Below, piece after piece: positions 48,888 through 58,630 of a stretch of DNA of 64,000 nucleotides. Every line of letters starts with the position of its first letter. Position 1 is the first letter of the stretch. Source of the DNA: Planctomycetota bacterium (lineage in GTDB: Bacteria > Planctomycetota > UBA1135 > UBA2386); assembly GCA_965223545.1 (NCBI GenBank), contig OZ245006.1:6592001-6656000 (forward strand), in the 5' to 3' direction. Under the pieces are notes generated by a model. It was not told where the DNA came from. It did no database searches and was given only the letters and a program-made list of their open reading frames with translations. Both the position numbers and the translations under genes were made by a program.

Positions 48888-49463
48888 TCAGATCCCTTTG
48901 AACTCCTCGAAGCTCTGTCCGCTGGCCATGAACACCAGCGATGCAGCCAGCAGCCCCAACCCCACGACTGCGGCCAGCCCGACCAAGCCCCAGCCGAGCC
49001 ACGCTCGACGGTGGCTTTGGTATGCGATGTTGATCAGTCCCTGGATCGCCAGCGGCCAGTTGTAGGGGCCGAGTGCGAGCACCGTGAGAACGGTCCACCC
49101 GTTGAGGGCTGCCGCCGTGCGTCGGGACTGCGGCGAGCACGACGACGCGCGCAGGGTGTGGGAGACGAGCCACCACGAGGGAGCTGCCAGCGCGATTCCG
49201 ATGCCGTAGAGCGCGAGTAGAGAGCCATCTCGCAGAGTGCCCAGAGCCAGCTTCGTGGTGACCGCAAGCAAGTGACCGAAGGCCATGGTGCCGATGGTGA
49301 CGCCGTAGAACAGGTTCATGGCGGCGAGCAATCGCTGCCGGAGCGGGACCCCGGAGCGCTGGCGGTACCACAGAGAAAGCGCCGCCGCGACCAGGGCGGC
49401 GCCGAGGGATACCGGCATCCACCGGCTCTCGTCGACAATCCACTGCAGCACTCGATCGATCAC
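48888..49463 (-). CDS. Hypothetical multi-pass membrane protein
   Basis: About 5-6 hydrophobic segments; GTGA overlap with the TetR gene. Confidence 0.75.
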   Translation of the reverse strand: MIDRVLQWIVDESRWMPVSLGAALVAAALSLWYRQRSGVPLRQRLLAAMNLFYGVTIGTMAFGHLLAVTTKLALGTLRDGSLLALYGIGIALAAPSWWLVSHTLRASSCSPQSRRTAAALNGWTVLTVLALGPYNWPLAIQGLINIAYQSHRRAWLGWGLVGLAAVVGLGLLAASLVFMASGQSFEEFKGI

Positions 49464-50128
49464 GTTGGCCTCCGGGAATCAGGGTCCATGGTTGGCAAGG
49501 CTGCGTCCGCGCCGCCGGAGTGCGAGACTTCGAGCAGCGAGCGCTTCGTCAAGCGGATCAGGTGCGCCGTCGCTCCGGCTGCGCTGTGGTCCAGCAACAG
49601 CTGATCGAAGGTCACGAAGCCGGTCACGAGGTGCAGAGTCGTGGCGGCCTCGCGAGCGCTGACCGCCGGCGGCACCACGCCGGCGCGTTTGGCGCGGCGC
49701 GCCAAGCGCGTCAGCCGACCGCGCCGGTCCGCTTCGTAGCCGGCGACGAGCTCGCCGACCTCCTGGTCCAGCTGTGCCAAGGCCAGGGTCCGACGGATCG
49801 CGCCCGGCATCACTGCCCAAGCGCGGCAGCTCTCGCGGACGACCGCGAGGACCGCTGCCGCCGGGTCGGGCAAGTCCAGCGCCCGCAGCACCGAGTCGAA
49901 GCCGATGCGGCGTCCCTGGTCGACGAACACGCTCGACAACAGCTCCCGGCGCGAGCCCAGGGCGTTGTAGATCGTGGCGCGGCTGACGCCGGCTTCGGCC
50001 GCGACCTCCTGCACGGTCAGGCGGCCGCCGTCCGGGCGGTCGAGCAGGTCGTGGGCGGCCTGCACGATCCGCGTGCGCGTCGCCGCGGCGGACTGCTGCC
50101 GCGCCCGCATGACGTAGCTGCGAGCCAT
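49460..50128 (-). CDS. TetR/AcrR family regulator
   Basis: TRTRIVQAA...LTVQEVAAEAGVSRATIY. Confidence 0.92.
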   Translation of the reverse strand: MARSYVMRARQQSAAATRTRIVQAAHDLLDRPDGGRLTVQEVAAEAGVSRATIYNALGSRRELLSSVFVDQGRRIGFDSVLRALDLPDPAAAVLAVVRESCRAWAVMPGAIRRTLALAQLDQEVGELVAGYEADRRGRLTRLARRAKRAGVVPPAVSAREAATTLHLVTGFVTFDQLLLDHSAAGATAHLIRLTKRSLLEVSHSGGADAALPTMDPDSRRPT

Positions 50129-50135
50129 CGGCGTC

Positions 50136-50164
50136 AGTATCATATTGGATGGACATGGTGTCAA
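50136..50164 (-). promoter_or_regulatory. Sigma70 promoter with overlapping operator candidate for TetR
   Basis: TTGACA-N17-GATACT on the minus strand; imperfect palindrome TGGACA-TGG-TGTCAA at 50150-50164. Confidence 0.7.
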
Positions 50165-50290
50165 GTCAATGGCGAGGGAACCCAGCTCGCTGCCCGAGCG
50201 CCAAGAAACGTGCTCCGCGCCGCGGGAATCCGTACGCGGATCCGCGAGCGAGCTGCGTTCCGGTCGGTAGGCCCAGCAGGAGTCGATGCC

Positions 50291-51388
50291 ATGAATCGGA
50301 CCAGAACCCATCTCTTTGCTTCCGTCGCCGCTCTCGCCGCCTCCCTGAGTGGGCAGACGACGACGACTTTGCCGGCCGCGATCACCTCTTATGGCGTGCC
50401 GTGTCCGGCGACGCTGAGCGCGACCGACGCGGTCGTCGGAGCCAAGCACAGACTCGACTTCAGCATCCGGAACGCGATCCCGGGGATGCCGGTGGCGCTC
50501 CTCATCGGCACGACACGAGTCGCGCTGTCCTTGCCGGGCGGCTGCCAGCTGCTGACGAGCCCGACGGCGCGGGTCGATCTGGTGGCGGACGGCGCCGGCG
50601 CTGCGGGGGTATCGCTCGGCTTGCCCGGGACTCTGATGGGGCGGTTCCTCGCCCAGGCGATTCCGTACGAGCCGCTGACCGGGATCATCCGCGCAAGCAA
50701 TGGCCTGGCGCTCGGGTTTCCGGGGCAGCTGCGCATCGATGGCGTGACGCCGCTCGATGGCAAGGAGGGCGACCTCATCACCATCCGCGGGTCGGGCTTC
50801 GACCCCAACCCCGCCAACAACTGCGTGTTCGTTGCCGATCAGGGGGCGATGGCAACGGTGGTGAGCGCGTCTCCGACCAAGCTGGTGGCGCGCGTCGGGT
50901 TGGTGGCGGCTACCCGTAGCGGCGATGTCGGCGTCATGGTCGGAACCGGCCGTGCGCTGTCGTCACAAAGGCTCACGTTTGCCGGGATCACGGCGACCAC
51001 GAGCGGCTGCATCTTCACGGGCACCGCTGCCGCCACCGCCGGTGTCCAGTTCAAGCTGGCTGCCAGCTTGCGCAACACTGTGGCGGCGCGCACGAGCACC
51101 GGGGGCGCCGCGGGCGTGGCCTTGCATCTGCCCATTCCAGTGCTGGGGGCGGCGAGTACGTTGCAGGTCGAGCCCTACACTCGGAACGTGCCGGGCCAAC
51201 ACTCGGATCTGGCGGGCACCACCGTCTTTCCCGCCGGCACCGACAGCGCTCGAGCGGCGCAGTGGCTGGTGGGTTACTACAACCGCTTCCTGCCGCAGCA
51301 CGCGGCCACGGCTGTCGGCAACGTCGTGACCCTGCGCTCGACCGGAGCGCCGCTCGCGGCAGCCGGTGGCGCGCTCCGCGCCCAATAG
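50291..51388 (+). CDS. Secreted protein with recurring beta domain and an IPT/TIG domain
   Basis: AGGAG RBS, signal peptide, IDGVTPLDGKEGDLITIRGSGF...VVSASPTKLVARV. Confidence 0.8.
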   Translation: MNRTRTHLFASVAALAASLSGQTTTTLPAAITSYGVPCPATLSATDAVVGAKHRLDFSIRNAIPGMPVALLIGTTRVALSLPGGCQLLTSPTARVDLVADGAGAAGVSLGLPGTLMGRFLAQAIPYEPLTGIIRASNGLALGFPGQLRIDGVTPLDGKEGDLITIRGSGFDPNPANNCVFVADQGAMATVVSASPTKLVARVGLVAATRSGDVGVMVGTGRALSSQRLTFAGITATTSGCIFTGTAAATAGVQFKLAASLRNTVAARTSTGGAAGVALHLPIPVLGAASTLQVEPYTRNVPGQHSDLAGTTVFPAGTDSARAAQWLVGYYNRFLPQHAATAVGNVVTLRSTGAPLAAAGGALRAQ

Positions 51389-51529
51389 GCCGCTGCGGAA
51401 CAGAGAGGCACCGCGGCCGGCATGTGCTCGATCGGTGCGAAATGTCCGGAACACGCAGCGGCGCTGACGAGTATTTGGCGCGCCGCGTTCCCCCCGCTGG
51501 CGCTCTCGTGCTTGGATAGCACTCGACCA

Positions 51530-52579
51530 ATGCCAGTGACTCCCGCTCTCGCGGCGCCGCGCGCCGCCGTTGTTCTGTTCCTCTCCGCCGCGCTGTCCGC
51601 CCAGGCACCGTGCCCCGATCCGACGACCGTCGACGACTTCGAGGGCGGGCTCAACCGCGCCGGCTGGAGCTTCGGCGTGACCGTGCCCGACCGCATCGAA
51701 GAAGTCGGCGGCAATCCCGGCGCCTGGCTGCGCAACTCCGGCATCGTCTCCTTTGCGCCGATCCTGACCAGCGACCCCAGTCGTCCGGGACCGTGGTCGG
51801 GCGATTTCCGCGCCAACGGCGTGCAGCGCATCGCGTTCGATGCCCGCACCGACGCCCGCGGCTTTGGCCAACCGCGCGGCTTCACCATGACTCTGCTGTT
51901 GCGCGACACCAAGGGGACGCCGGATGCGTCGGATGACGACTACGCGTATGCGGCCGCTGGCGAAGTGCCACAGATCGGTGCCGGGTGGCAGCGCTACGAC
52001 ATCGCCGTACCGAGCGATTCGACCGCGGCCGTGCCGCCCGGTTGGCAGGGTGGCTGGGCCGGCGGCCTGGGCTTCCGGCCCGGTGTCGACTGGAACGACC
52101 TGATCCGCAACGTGGACCGCGTCGAGATGTGGTGGATCGACCCGACGTTCTTCGCGATCATCACCAACTGGGACGTCGGCGTCGACAACATCACCTTCGA
52201 GCAGACCGGCGGGGCGCGCACGACCGTGCGCAACGGCAGCGGCGTCAACCCGCAGATCCTGACGGTGCGCACGCCGCCGTCGCTGGGTGGCCGCTGGACG
52301 CTGGACCTCGACTGCAGCGTGGCGGGCTCCGGCGTGGGTGTGCTGATGGGCTCCGGCCCGAGTGCGCCGCTGGCGACACCGTTCGGCGAGTTCCTCATCG
52401 ATCCGGTGGCCGCGGTGTTGCTCGACTCCGGCGGCACGGTGGCGGGATTGGTGCGGTTCCACGTCAGCGTGCCGGCGTTGCCGGCGCTCTGCGGCGCCCG
52501 CTTGTCGGTGCAGGCGGGGTGTGGCACAGCGACGACCGTGGTCTTGACCAACGCCATCGACGCGGTGGCCGGCAGCTGA
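51530..52579 (+). CDS. Secreted hypothetical protein with recurring C-terminal beta domain
   Basis: Signal ending LSA-Q, jelly-roll-like body (DDFE...GVDNITF), tail VPALPALCGARLSVQAG...LTNAIDAV. Confidence 0.8.
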   Translation: MPVTPALAAPRAAVVLFLSAALSAQAPCPDPTTVDDFEGGLNRAGWSFGVTVPDRIEEVGGNPGAWLRNSGIVSFAPILTSDPSRPGPWSGDFRANGVQRIAFDARTDARGFGQPRGFTMTLLLRDTKGTPDASDDDYAYAAAGEVPQIGAGWQRYDIAVPSDSTAAVPPGWQGGWAGGLGFRPGVDWNDLIRNVDRVEMWWIDPTFFAIITNWDVGVDNITFEQTGGARTTVRNGSGVNPQILTVRTPPSLGGRWTLDLDCSVAGSGVGVLMGSGPSAPLATPFGEFLIDPVAAVLLDSGGTVAGLVRFHVSVPALPALCGARLSVQAGCGTATTVVLTNAIDAVAGS

Positions 52580-52637
52580 CGCCGCCCGGCGTGTGCTTGC
52601 CCCGGCGGCAGTTCCGGCCCACACTCTGCCGCTGCCG

Positions 52638-53348
52638 ATGGCTGCCAAGCACTTTGCCGTTCTGCCGCGGACGATGGGTCGTTGCGGCTCGACGTGGCTC
52701 TGCGATCTGATCGACTCGCATCCCGCCGTCACCTGCCTCGGTGAGGTGTTCAACCCCGGCGAGGCCGCATACTACGGCGCGTTCGCCGATGCCGCCGGCC
52801 CACAGCGCGATGCCGCGGCGCTGTTCGCGGCGATCGAGGCGGCGCGGCCCGGCGCGGCCGCCTACGGCTTCAAGGCGTTCCGCGAGGACCTCGAGACCGA
52901 CGCGCTGCGGCGGATCCTGGCGCATCTGGACGCGGTGGTGTTCATCGAGCGCAAGAACCTCACCCGGGCACTGGTCTCCGAGTTGCACGCCCGCGCGACC
53001 AAGCGCTGGCACTTGCGCGCCGGCGCCGAGCTGCCCGAGGGCTTCTTCGAGCAGCGCATCGAGGTCGACGTCGAGCAGGCCCGCAACCGCCTGCGCAACG
53101 CCGTCGAGACCGGCAGGATCCTCGCCGAGATGGTGGACTCCGCCGGGGTCGCGGCCGTGCGCATCGAATACGAGCAGCTGGTCGCGGCGACCCAAGGCAC
53201 GATGGACGGCGTGTTCGGCGTGCTCGGCGTCGCGCCGCACGCGGTGACGTCGCGGTTTCGCAAGATGCACCAGGGCGTCGACTTCGTCGCCAACCTGGAT
53301 GCCGTCAACGCTGCTTTGGGCGACGAGTTTGGCCAGCTCGAACCCTGA
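52638..53348 (+). CDS. Sulfotransferase-like (Stf0-type) protein
   Basis: GRCGSTWL...SHP PAPS-binding loop, GFK, ERKNLTRALVS, IEYEQL. Confidence 0.75.
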   Translation: MAAKHFAVLPRTMGRCGSTWLCDLIDSHPAVTCLGEVFNPGEAAYYGAFADAAGPQRDAAALFAAIEAARPGAAAYGFKAFREDLETDALRRILAHLDAVVFIERKNLTRALVSELHARATKRWHLRAGAELPEGFFEQRIEVDVEQARNRLRNAVETGRILAEMVDSAGVAAVRIEYEQLVAATQGTMDGVFGVLGVAPHAVTSRFRKMHQGVDFVANLDAVNAALGDEFGQLEP

Positions 53349-53547
53349 GCCTCCGGCGCCTCGAATCTTCGAGCGGCGACAACATTTTCGAGGCAACGCC
53401 GCTGCCATGGCAAAGTCGCCGCCGCGCCGGAGGCTCGGAGAGACAGTGCCTCCTGGCTCAGCGCGGCTGCCGGCGACCGCGGGACCCGCGACCGACGCTC
53501 GGGTCGCGGAATGCTCCGTGTTTGGTTGCGGCCGTGGCCGCGCTGAG
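53346..53547 (+). mobile_element. TGAG-bounded two-hairpin element, copy B (starts at a stop codon)
   Basis: TGAG repeats 198 bp apart; left half near-identical to copy A, right half closest to copy C. Confidence 0.85.
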
Positions 53548-53558
53548 CGCCCCGCGGC

Positions 53559-55013
53559 TCAGGCGAGGATCGGCCGGATCAACGAGCCGTGGACGTCCGT
53601 GAGCCGGTAGTGCCGGCCCTGGTAGCGAAACGTCAGCCGCTCGTGGTCGATGCCGAGCAGGTGCAACACCGTGGCGTGCAGATCGTGCACGTGGACCGGG
53701 TCCTCGGCGACGTTGTAGCCCAGGGTGTCGGTCTTGCCGTAGGTGATGCCCGGCTGGATGCCGCCGCCTGCCATCCACATGGTGAAGCAGCGCGGGTGGT
53801 GGTCGCGGCCGTAGGAGCGGGGATCGTACTTGCCCTGGCAGTACGCGGTGCGGCCGAACTCACCACCCCAGATCACCAGGGTGTCGTCGAGCAAACCGCG
53901 CCGCTCGAGGTCGGCGATCAGCGCCGCCTGCGGCTGGTCGGTCATCCGGCACTGCTCGCGGATCTCGCGCGGCAGGTTGCCGTGCGCGTCCCAGCCGCGG
54001 TGGTAGAGCTGGATGAAGCGCACGTCGCGCTCGGCCAGGCGGCGCGCCAGCAGGCAATTGGCGGCGAAGCTGCCCGGCTTGTGGACATCGGGACCGTACA
54101 GCGCCAGCGTCTCGTCGCTCTCGTCGCGCAGGTCGGTCAGCTCGGGCACCGACATCTGCATGCGGAAGGCCATCTCCGCCTGGCTGATCCGCGCCAAGAC
54201 CTCGGTGTCGCCGGTGCGCTCGAAGGTGCGTTGGTCGAGCGTGGCGATGGCGTCGAGTAGGCGCCGGCGGTCCGCCCGTCGGACGCCTCTCGGGTTGTCG
54301 AGGAACAGCACCGCGTTGTCGCCCGAACGGAAGCGGACGCCTTGGTGCTCGCTCGGCAGAAAGCCGCTCCCCCAAAGGCGTGCCGACAGCGCCTGCATGT
54401 TGCCGAACCCCTGGCTGATGAGGACGACGAACGCGGGCAGGTCGCGGTTGGCGGCGCCGAGCCCGTAGCTGAGCCAGGCGCCCATCGACGGCCGTCCCGG
54501 GATCTGGCTGCCGGTCTGCATGAACGTCACGCCGGGCTCGTGGTTGATGGCCTCGGTGTGTACCGAGTGCAGAAAGCACAGCTTGTCGGCGATCCGGCCG
54601 GTGTAGGGGTAGAGCTCGCTGACCCAGGCGCCGTCTTGCTGGTTGGGGTGACGGGTGAACTCGAACATCGAGGGCACCAGCGGCAGGCTGTCTTGACCGC
54701 TGGTCATGCCGGTGATGCGCTGGTTGTTGTAGACCTCCGGCATCTTGCGCAGGTCTTCGCCGGCGCGGTCGCGCAGCGCGGGTTTGTAGTCGAACAAGTC
54801 GAGCTGGGAGGGGCCGCCCATCATGTGCAGATAGATGACCCGGCGCGCGCGGGGGGCGTGGTGGGGTGGCGCCTCAGTGCCGCGCGCATGCGCGGGGGCG
54901 CCGCCCAGCTGGGACAGCGCGCCGCAGCCCAGTGCGGTCGACAGGCTGCCGCCGGCGCGGCGGAAGAACTGGCGGCGGTTGAGATTGCTCAGGTAGCGTT
55001 CGAGGGGGTCCAT
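53559..55013 (-). CDS. DUF1501 family protein with Tat-like signal
   Basis: NRRQFF, GGPSQLDLFDYKP, GWDAH, WGGEFGRT, GRDHHP. Confidence 0.93.
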   Translation of the reverse strand: MDPLERYLSNLNRRQFFRRAGGSLSTALGCGALSQLGGAPAHARGTEAPPHHAPRARRVIYLHMMGGPSQLDLFDYKPALRDRAGEDLRKMPEVYNNQRITGMTSGQDSLPLVPSMFEFTRHPNQQDGAWVSELYPYTGRIADKLCFLHSVHTEAINHEPGVTFMQTGSQIPGRPSMGAWLSYGLGAANRDLPAFVVLISQGFGNMQALSARLWGSGFLPSEHQGVRFRSGDNAVLFLDNPRGVRRADRRRLLDAIATLDQRTFERTGDTEVLARISQAEMAFRMQMSVPELTDLRDESDETLALYGPDVHKPGSFAANCLLARRLAERDVRFIQLYHRGWDAHGNLPREIREQCRMTDQPQAALIADLERRGLLDDTLVIWGGEFGRTAYCQGKYDPRSYGRDHHPRCFTMWMAGGGIQPGITYGKTDTLGYNVAEDPVHVHDLHATVLHLLGIDHERLTFRYQGRHYRLTDVHGSLIRPILA

Positions 55014-55030
55014 GGGCGTCCGGTGTGCGG

Positions 55031-58000
55031 TCAGCTGCGCACGAGAGTGTCGTCGAGGCTGAGAATGGCGCTGGCGATCAGCATCCACGGCGCCAGCTCG
55101 GTGGCGGGAACAGCGTCGGTACGCGGTGCCTCGCCGGTGGCCAGCACCGCCTCCGCATCCTCGGGCGCCGCCGCGTAGCGCGTGCGCAGCGCGGCCAGCG
55201 CGCTGGTCAGCGCCTGCAGGTCGGCCACCGCCGGGGTTCGCCCCGTGCAGCGCCGGTACATCGCCCGAAGGCGGTCGCCGTCGCCGCGGTGCTCGGCCAG
55301 CGTGCGTTGTGCCAGCACGCGCGCCGCCTCGGTGAACTGCTCGTCGTTCCACAGCACGAGGGACTGCAGCGGCGTGTTCGTCGTCGCGCGCTGCACGACG
55401 CAGAACTCGCGCGTCGGCGCGTCGAAGATCGCCATCTGCGGGTTGGGCGAGGTCCGCTTCCAGAAGGTGTAGAGGCTGCGGCGGTGCAGGGCCGTGCCGT
55501 GGTCGCGCTCGAACACGCGGGTGTTCGAGCTGGCGCCGATCGACACCTCCTTCCACAGCCCCTCGGGCTGGTACGGCTTGACGCTGGGGCCGCCGATCAG
55601 AGGTTGCAGGAGACCTGCGGCAAACAGAGCCTGATCGCGGATCAGCTCGCCCGCGAGCCGCCGGCGCGGAAAGTAGGCCAGCCAGCGGTTGTCCGGGTCG
55701 ATGGCGCGCGCTTCGGTGCGCACGCGGGAGGACTGCTTGTAGGTCGCCGAGTTCACCATGCGCCGCAGCATCGCCTTTTGGTCCCAGCCGGATTCGACGA
55801 AGCGGTGCGCGAGCCAGTCGAGCAGGGCGAGATGGCTGGGCCAGTCGCTCTGCATGCCGAAGTTCTCGCTGGTCTTGACGATGCCCGTGCCGAACAGCAG
55901 CTGCCACAACCGGTTGACACGGACCCGGGCGGTGAGTGGGTGATCGGCGCGCGTCAGCCAACGGGCAAAGCCGAGGCGGTTCTTCGGTGCCGCCGCCGGC
56001 AGAGCGGCGCCCAGCACCGAGGGCGGCCGGCGCTCGACGGGGCGGTTCTCGTCGGCGAGGTCGTAGCGTCCGCGGGTCAGCACGTGCGCCGGTCGCGGCG
56101 TGTCGAGCTCGGCCATCACCAGCACCGGCACCGCCTCCGCCTCGATGGCGGCCAGCGCTTGCTCGGCCTCTCGGCGCCGATCGTCGAGGGCGGCGTAGGT
56201 CGGCGACCGGTGTCGCGCCCAGGCGCGCGCGCAGCGTTCGCCCAGCGCGGCGTCGCGCCGGTCCGGCGCCAGCAGGGTGGCCGGTGCCAGCGCCAGCGGC
56301 GCCGCATCGGCCTGCTCGATCCGGCTGGTGAAGCCGCCCGGTCCGCCGTTGTTGACCACCTTGCAGACCAGCGTGCTCTCGCCGGCCGGCAGCGCGAGCT
56401 CGACTCGATCTTGGTCCGGGGCCGCGCCGCGCATGACCTTGTTTTCGAAGACGCGCGCACCGTTGAGGTAGACCGCCACGGCGTCGTCACTGCCGAGCGA
56501 CAGGGTGACTGTCCGCGGCGTCGGCGCGCGCAGCGTGCGACCGATGTAGAACGCCGCCCGCTCGCCGCGGAGGCGGTGCACGGGACCGTCTTCGAAGTCG
56601 GGCTTGTGCGTCCAGCGGCGCTCGCCGAAGCGGGCCTCGCGGTCGATGTGCGTCACCTCTTGTGGACCGTGCTCGGTGCGCCACACGGTCTCGAAGTCCT
56701 CGCCGGAGAATGGACCGGCGAGCCACCAGTCACTGGCCACCAGGGGGAACTCCGCCGACGGGTCGCGCACGGCGCGGCCCAAGGTGACCCGCGGCCGCCC
56801 GATGATGTGCTGTCCGTACTGGCTGTGATAGACGAGCTCGACGATGACGCGCGTGCCCCCTTCGAAGCCGAACGGCGTGCGCGCGCGGAGGATGGCGGTG
56901 CGGGTCTCGATGTGCTCGTGGCCGGCCAGCGCCCAGCCGTGCGCGTCGGGATCGAGCGCATTGTGCACGTCGAAGTCACCGTTGGCCTGTTCGTGGTCGG
57001 CCCACGCCCAGGCGAACTCGATCTCCTGCCGGCGGTCGGGATCGTCGCGGCCCACCGCGGTGGCGCGGACGTGCGACAGCACGGCGTTGCCGTGGCTGGC
57101 GAGGCTGAGGCTGCCCTTGGGCAGGGCGGGGTCGGTCAGCGCTTCCAGGCACAGCAAGTCGAGGCCGACCGCGTCGGTGTCGAGCACCAACGTGTGGGTG
57201 TCCTTGGCCGGCGGATCGTCCGCCGCGGCGCGCACCGAGCCGTCGTCGAGCACCGTCATGCGGCGACCGGCCGCCGACTTGGCCTCGATCACCGGAGCGT
57301 GCACCCAGGAGACGCCGAGCCGCTCGCGCAGCGCGCGCCCGGCGGCGACGTGCTCGGCCTCGACGGTGGGCGCCGCGGCCGCCAGCTCCGCCAGCCGAGC
57401 CTCGAGTGCCTCGCTTGCCGCAGCTGCACGCTCCTCGAGCCCCGGCGGCCGGTAGTCGAGCCGGGCCGGGTAGGCACGGGCCTGCTCGAACTCGGCGGGG
57501 TAGACGCCGCGCTCATCCACCGAGTTGAAGAACGCGTACAGCGAGTAGTAGTCCTCTTGGCTGAACGGGTCGTACTTGTGGTCGTGGCAGCGCGCGCAGG
57601 CGACGGTCAACGCCATGAACACCGTGCTCACCGTTTCGATGCGATCGCACACCGCCTCGACGCGGTACTCGGCGTCGAGCGCGCCCCCCTCGTCGTTGAT
57701 GTTGTGCATCCGGCAAAAGCCCGACGCGATGCGCTGCGCGGTGGTCGCGTCCTCGAGTAGATCGCCGGCCAGCTGCTCGGTGGCGAACTGATCGAACGGC
57801 AGATTTTGGTTGAACGCGTCGATGACCCAATCGCGGTACGGCCAGGCGGTGCGCACGTTGTCGTGGTGGAAGCCGTTGGTGTCGGCGTAGCGCGCGCCGT
57901 CGAGCCACTCGTAGGCCATCCGCTCGCCGTAGTGCGGCGACGCCAACAGTCGCTCGACCAGCTGCTCGTAGGCGTCGGCCGCCGGGTCGTCGACGAAGGC

Positions 58001-58579
58001 CTCGATCTCCTCCGGCGTCGGTGGCAGGCCGGTCAGGTCGAGGCTGACGCGCCGGATCAGCGTCTCGCGGTCGGCCTGTGGCGACAGGCCGAGACCGCGG
58101 CGCTCGAGCGCGTCGAGCACGAACCGATCGAGCGCGCTCGGCGCGGCGTCGGGATCAGCGACGCGAGGGGGTGCCGTGTCCACCGGTGGGGTGAACGCCC
58201 AGTGCTCGGCGAACGGCGCACCCTCGTCGATCCAGCGGGCCAACAGGGCGCGCTCTTCGGCCGACAGCGACAGCCCCGAGCTCGGCGGCGGCATGCGCTG
58301 GCGAGGATCATCGCTGCGGATGCGCCGCACCAGCGCGGAGCGATGCGCGGCGCCCGGCACGACGGCGGCGCCACCTTCGCGGGCGGCGAGCATCCCCTCG
58401 CGGGTGTCCAGGCGGAGATCGGCTTTGCGCGCGCGCGCGTCGAAGCCGTGGCAGGTGAAGCAACGGTCGGCGAGCAGTGGCCGGATGTCGCGGTTGAAGT
58501 CGACCGGCGCTTGGGCGGCGGTGGGCGCGGCGGCGAGGCCGGCGGTGATGGCGGTGACGGCGAGGACGAGGCGGCGCAT
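55031..58579 (-). CDS. Planctomycete cytochrome c plus DUF1549/DUF1553 protein
   Basis: FNRDIRPLLADRCFTCHG, LIRRVSLDLTGLPP, CARCHDHKYDP, RRSLY, TNTPLQSL. Confidence 0.93.
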   Translation of the reverse strand: MRRLVLAVTAITAGLAAAPTAAQAPVDFNRDIRPLLADRCFTCHGFDARARKADLRLDTREGMLAAREGGAAVVPGAAHRSALVRRIRSDDPRQRMPPPSSGLSLSAEERALLARWIDEGAPFAEHWAFTPPVDTAPPRVADPDAAPSALDRFVLDALERRGLGLSPQADRETLIRRVSLDLTGLPPTPEEIEAFVDDPAADAYEQLVERLLASPHYGERMAYEWLDGARYADTNGFHHDNVRTAWPYRDWVIDAFNQNLPFDQFATEQLAGDLLEDATTAQRIASGFCRMHNINDEGGALDAEYRVEAVCDRIETVSTVFMALTVACARCHDHKYDPFSQEDYYSLYAFFNSVDERGVYPAEFEQARAYPARLDYRPPGLEERAAAASEALEARLAELAAAAPTVEAEHVAAGRALRERLGVSWVHAPVIEAKSAAGRRMTVLDDGSVRAAADDPPAKDTHTLVLDTDAVGLDLLCLEALTDPALPKGSLSLASHGNAVLSHVRATAVGRDDPDRRQEIEFAWAWADHEQANGDFDVHNALDPDAHGWALAGHEHIETRTAILRARTPFGFEGGTRVIVELVYHSQYGQHIIGRPRVTLGRAVRDPSAEFPLVASDWWLAGPFSGEDFETVWRTEHGPQEVTHIDREARFGERRWTHKPDFEDGPVHRLRGERAAFYIGRTLRAPTPRTVTLSLGSDDAVAVYLNGARVFENKVMRGAAPDQDRVELALPAGESTLVCKVVNNGGPGGFTSRIEQADAAPLALAPATLLAPDRRDAALGERCARAWARHRSPTYAALDDRRREAEQALAAIEAEAVPVLVMAELDTPRPAHVLTRGRYDLADENRPVERRPPSVLGAALPAAAPKNRLGFARWLTRADHPLTARVRVNRLWQLLFGTGIVKTSENFGMQSDWPSHLALLDWLAHRFVESGWDQKAMLRRMVNSATYKQSSRVRTEARAIDPDNRWLAYFPRRRLAGELIRDQALFAAGLLQPLIGGPSVKPYQPEGLWKEVSIGASSNTRVFERDHGTALHRRSLYTFWKRTSPNPQMAIFDAPTREFCVVQRATTNTPLQSLVLWNDEQFTEAARVLAQRTLAEHRGDGDRLRAMYRRCTGRTPAVADLQALTSALAALRTRYAAAPEDAEAVLATGEAPRTDAVPATELAPWMLIASAILSLDDTLVRS

Positions 58580-58630
58580 GGACGTCGCGCATCATAGCGG
58601 GTCGCCCCGCGCGCGCCGTGACCGGTTCGG

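Noticed and set aside
53346..53547. TGAG element as a MITE of the neighbouring IS1-like element, or as an HDV-like ribozyme
   Set aside because: It shares neither the IR nor the 9-bp TSD with the IS. The GACAACATTTTCGAGG resemblance to HDV sequence is absent in copy C and I could not build the nested pseudoknot.
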